Part shown: positions 63,795 to 64,000 of the stretch, piece by piece | How positions within the stretch are numbered: position 1 is the stretch's first letter | How the letters are laid out: each line of letters begins with the position of its first letter | Assembly: GCA_964488545.1 (NCBI GenBank) | Contig: CAZAUL010000001.1 | Coordinates: forward strand, 54,955 to 118,954 | Source of the DNA: an uncultured Gammaproteobacteria bacterium | Lineage (GTDB): Bacteria; Patescibacteriota; Microgenomatia; UBA1406; GWC2-37-13 | Direction: 5' to 3' | DNA: 64,000 nt | Notes under the pieces: generated by a model | Told to the model about the DNA's origin: nothing | The model's input: only the letters and a program-made list of their open reading frames with translations | Databases searched by the model: none | Position numbers and translations under genes: made by a program

Positions 63795-64000
63795 ATGAAG
63801 TGTCAAGCTTGTCAAACTCCGATAAGGGAAAAAGTAAATAAATTAAAAGTTATACATGGCGTGCAGATTTATTCATGTCCTGAGTGCGGACTTGGGTTTG
63901 TGAGTCATGATACCCCAAGACGTCCAACCCATGAGATTTATTCATTTGCAGACTACGATGCTCGGCGCTTTCAGTTTGAGACGAGATACAAGGGCATAAT
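63795..64000 (+). CDS. Zn-ribbon protein, probable N-terminus of a second SAM-dependent methyltransferase (3' end outside window)
   Basis: Manual translation MKCQACQTPIREKVNKLKVIHGVQIYSCPECGLGFVSH... is open to the window end. It has the same CxxC...CxxC N-terminal architecture as the divergent gene. Not present in the ORF track. Confidence 0.5.
   Translation, partial: MKCQACQTPIREKVNKLKVIHGVQIYSCPECGLGFVSHDTPRRPTHEIYSFADYDARRFQFETRYKGI

Overview
Gene-dense bacterial chromosome segment with about 60 CDS and one tRNA, read in the standard genetic code. It is moderately AT-rich, and intergenic gaps are mostly 0-60 nt. Fused or truncated Mur enzymes, an orphan trpB, an archaeal/CPR-type beta-propeller protein, truncated MetRS/ParB-like proteins and many secreted proteins suggest a reduced-genome bacterium such as CPR/Patescibacteria (inference only). 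The backbone is a long division/cell-wall (dcw) cluster at 26.9-50.5 kb: mraZ-rsmH-ftsL-ftsI-murE-pgeF-murC::murB-murA-glmU-like-yvcK-dgkA-mraY-[5-gene insert]-murD-ftsW-murG-ftsQ-ftsA-ftsZ. Flanking genes are housekeeping: rarA, metG, rpsO-pnp, ftsK, mltG, murJ, PBP1A, ileS, rodA, rplU-rpmA, lepB, tRNA-Val and a zur-znuACB operon. The most interesting region is a minus-strand tryptophan module at 5.9-12.0 kb. A bona fide TrpR homologue sits behind a consensus promoter carrying an almost canonical E. coli-type trp operator. It is followed by an orphan trpB, an unknown ATP-grasp-like protein, a TrpRS with an N-terminal YbaK-like domain, and a membrane acyltransferase. Other signals are: a second TrpR-superfamily (YerC-type) regulator whose 24-bp perfect palindrome recurs 61.7 kb away in front of a Zn-ribbon methyltransferase gene; degenerate tandem heptanucleotide repeats filling many intergenic spacers; pervasive promoters placed 5-9 nt from start codons (leaderless architecture); and a PP-loop protein next to murD that may be a MurL-type epimerase. 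No CRISPR array, rRNA or mobile element was seen.
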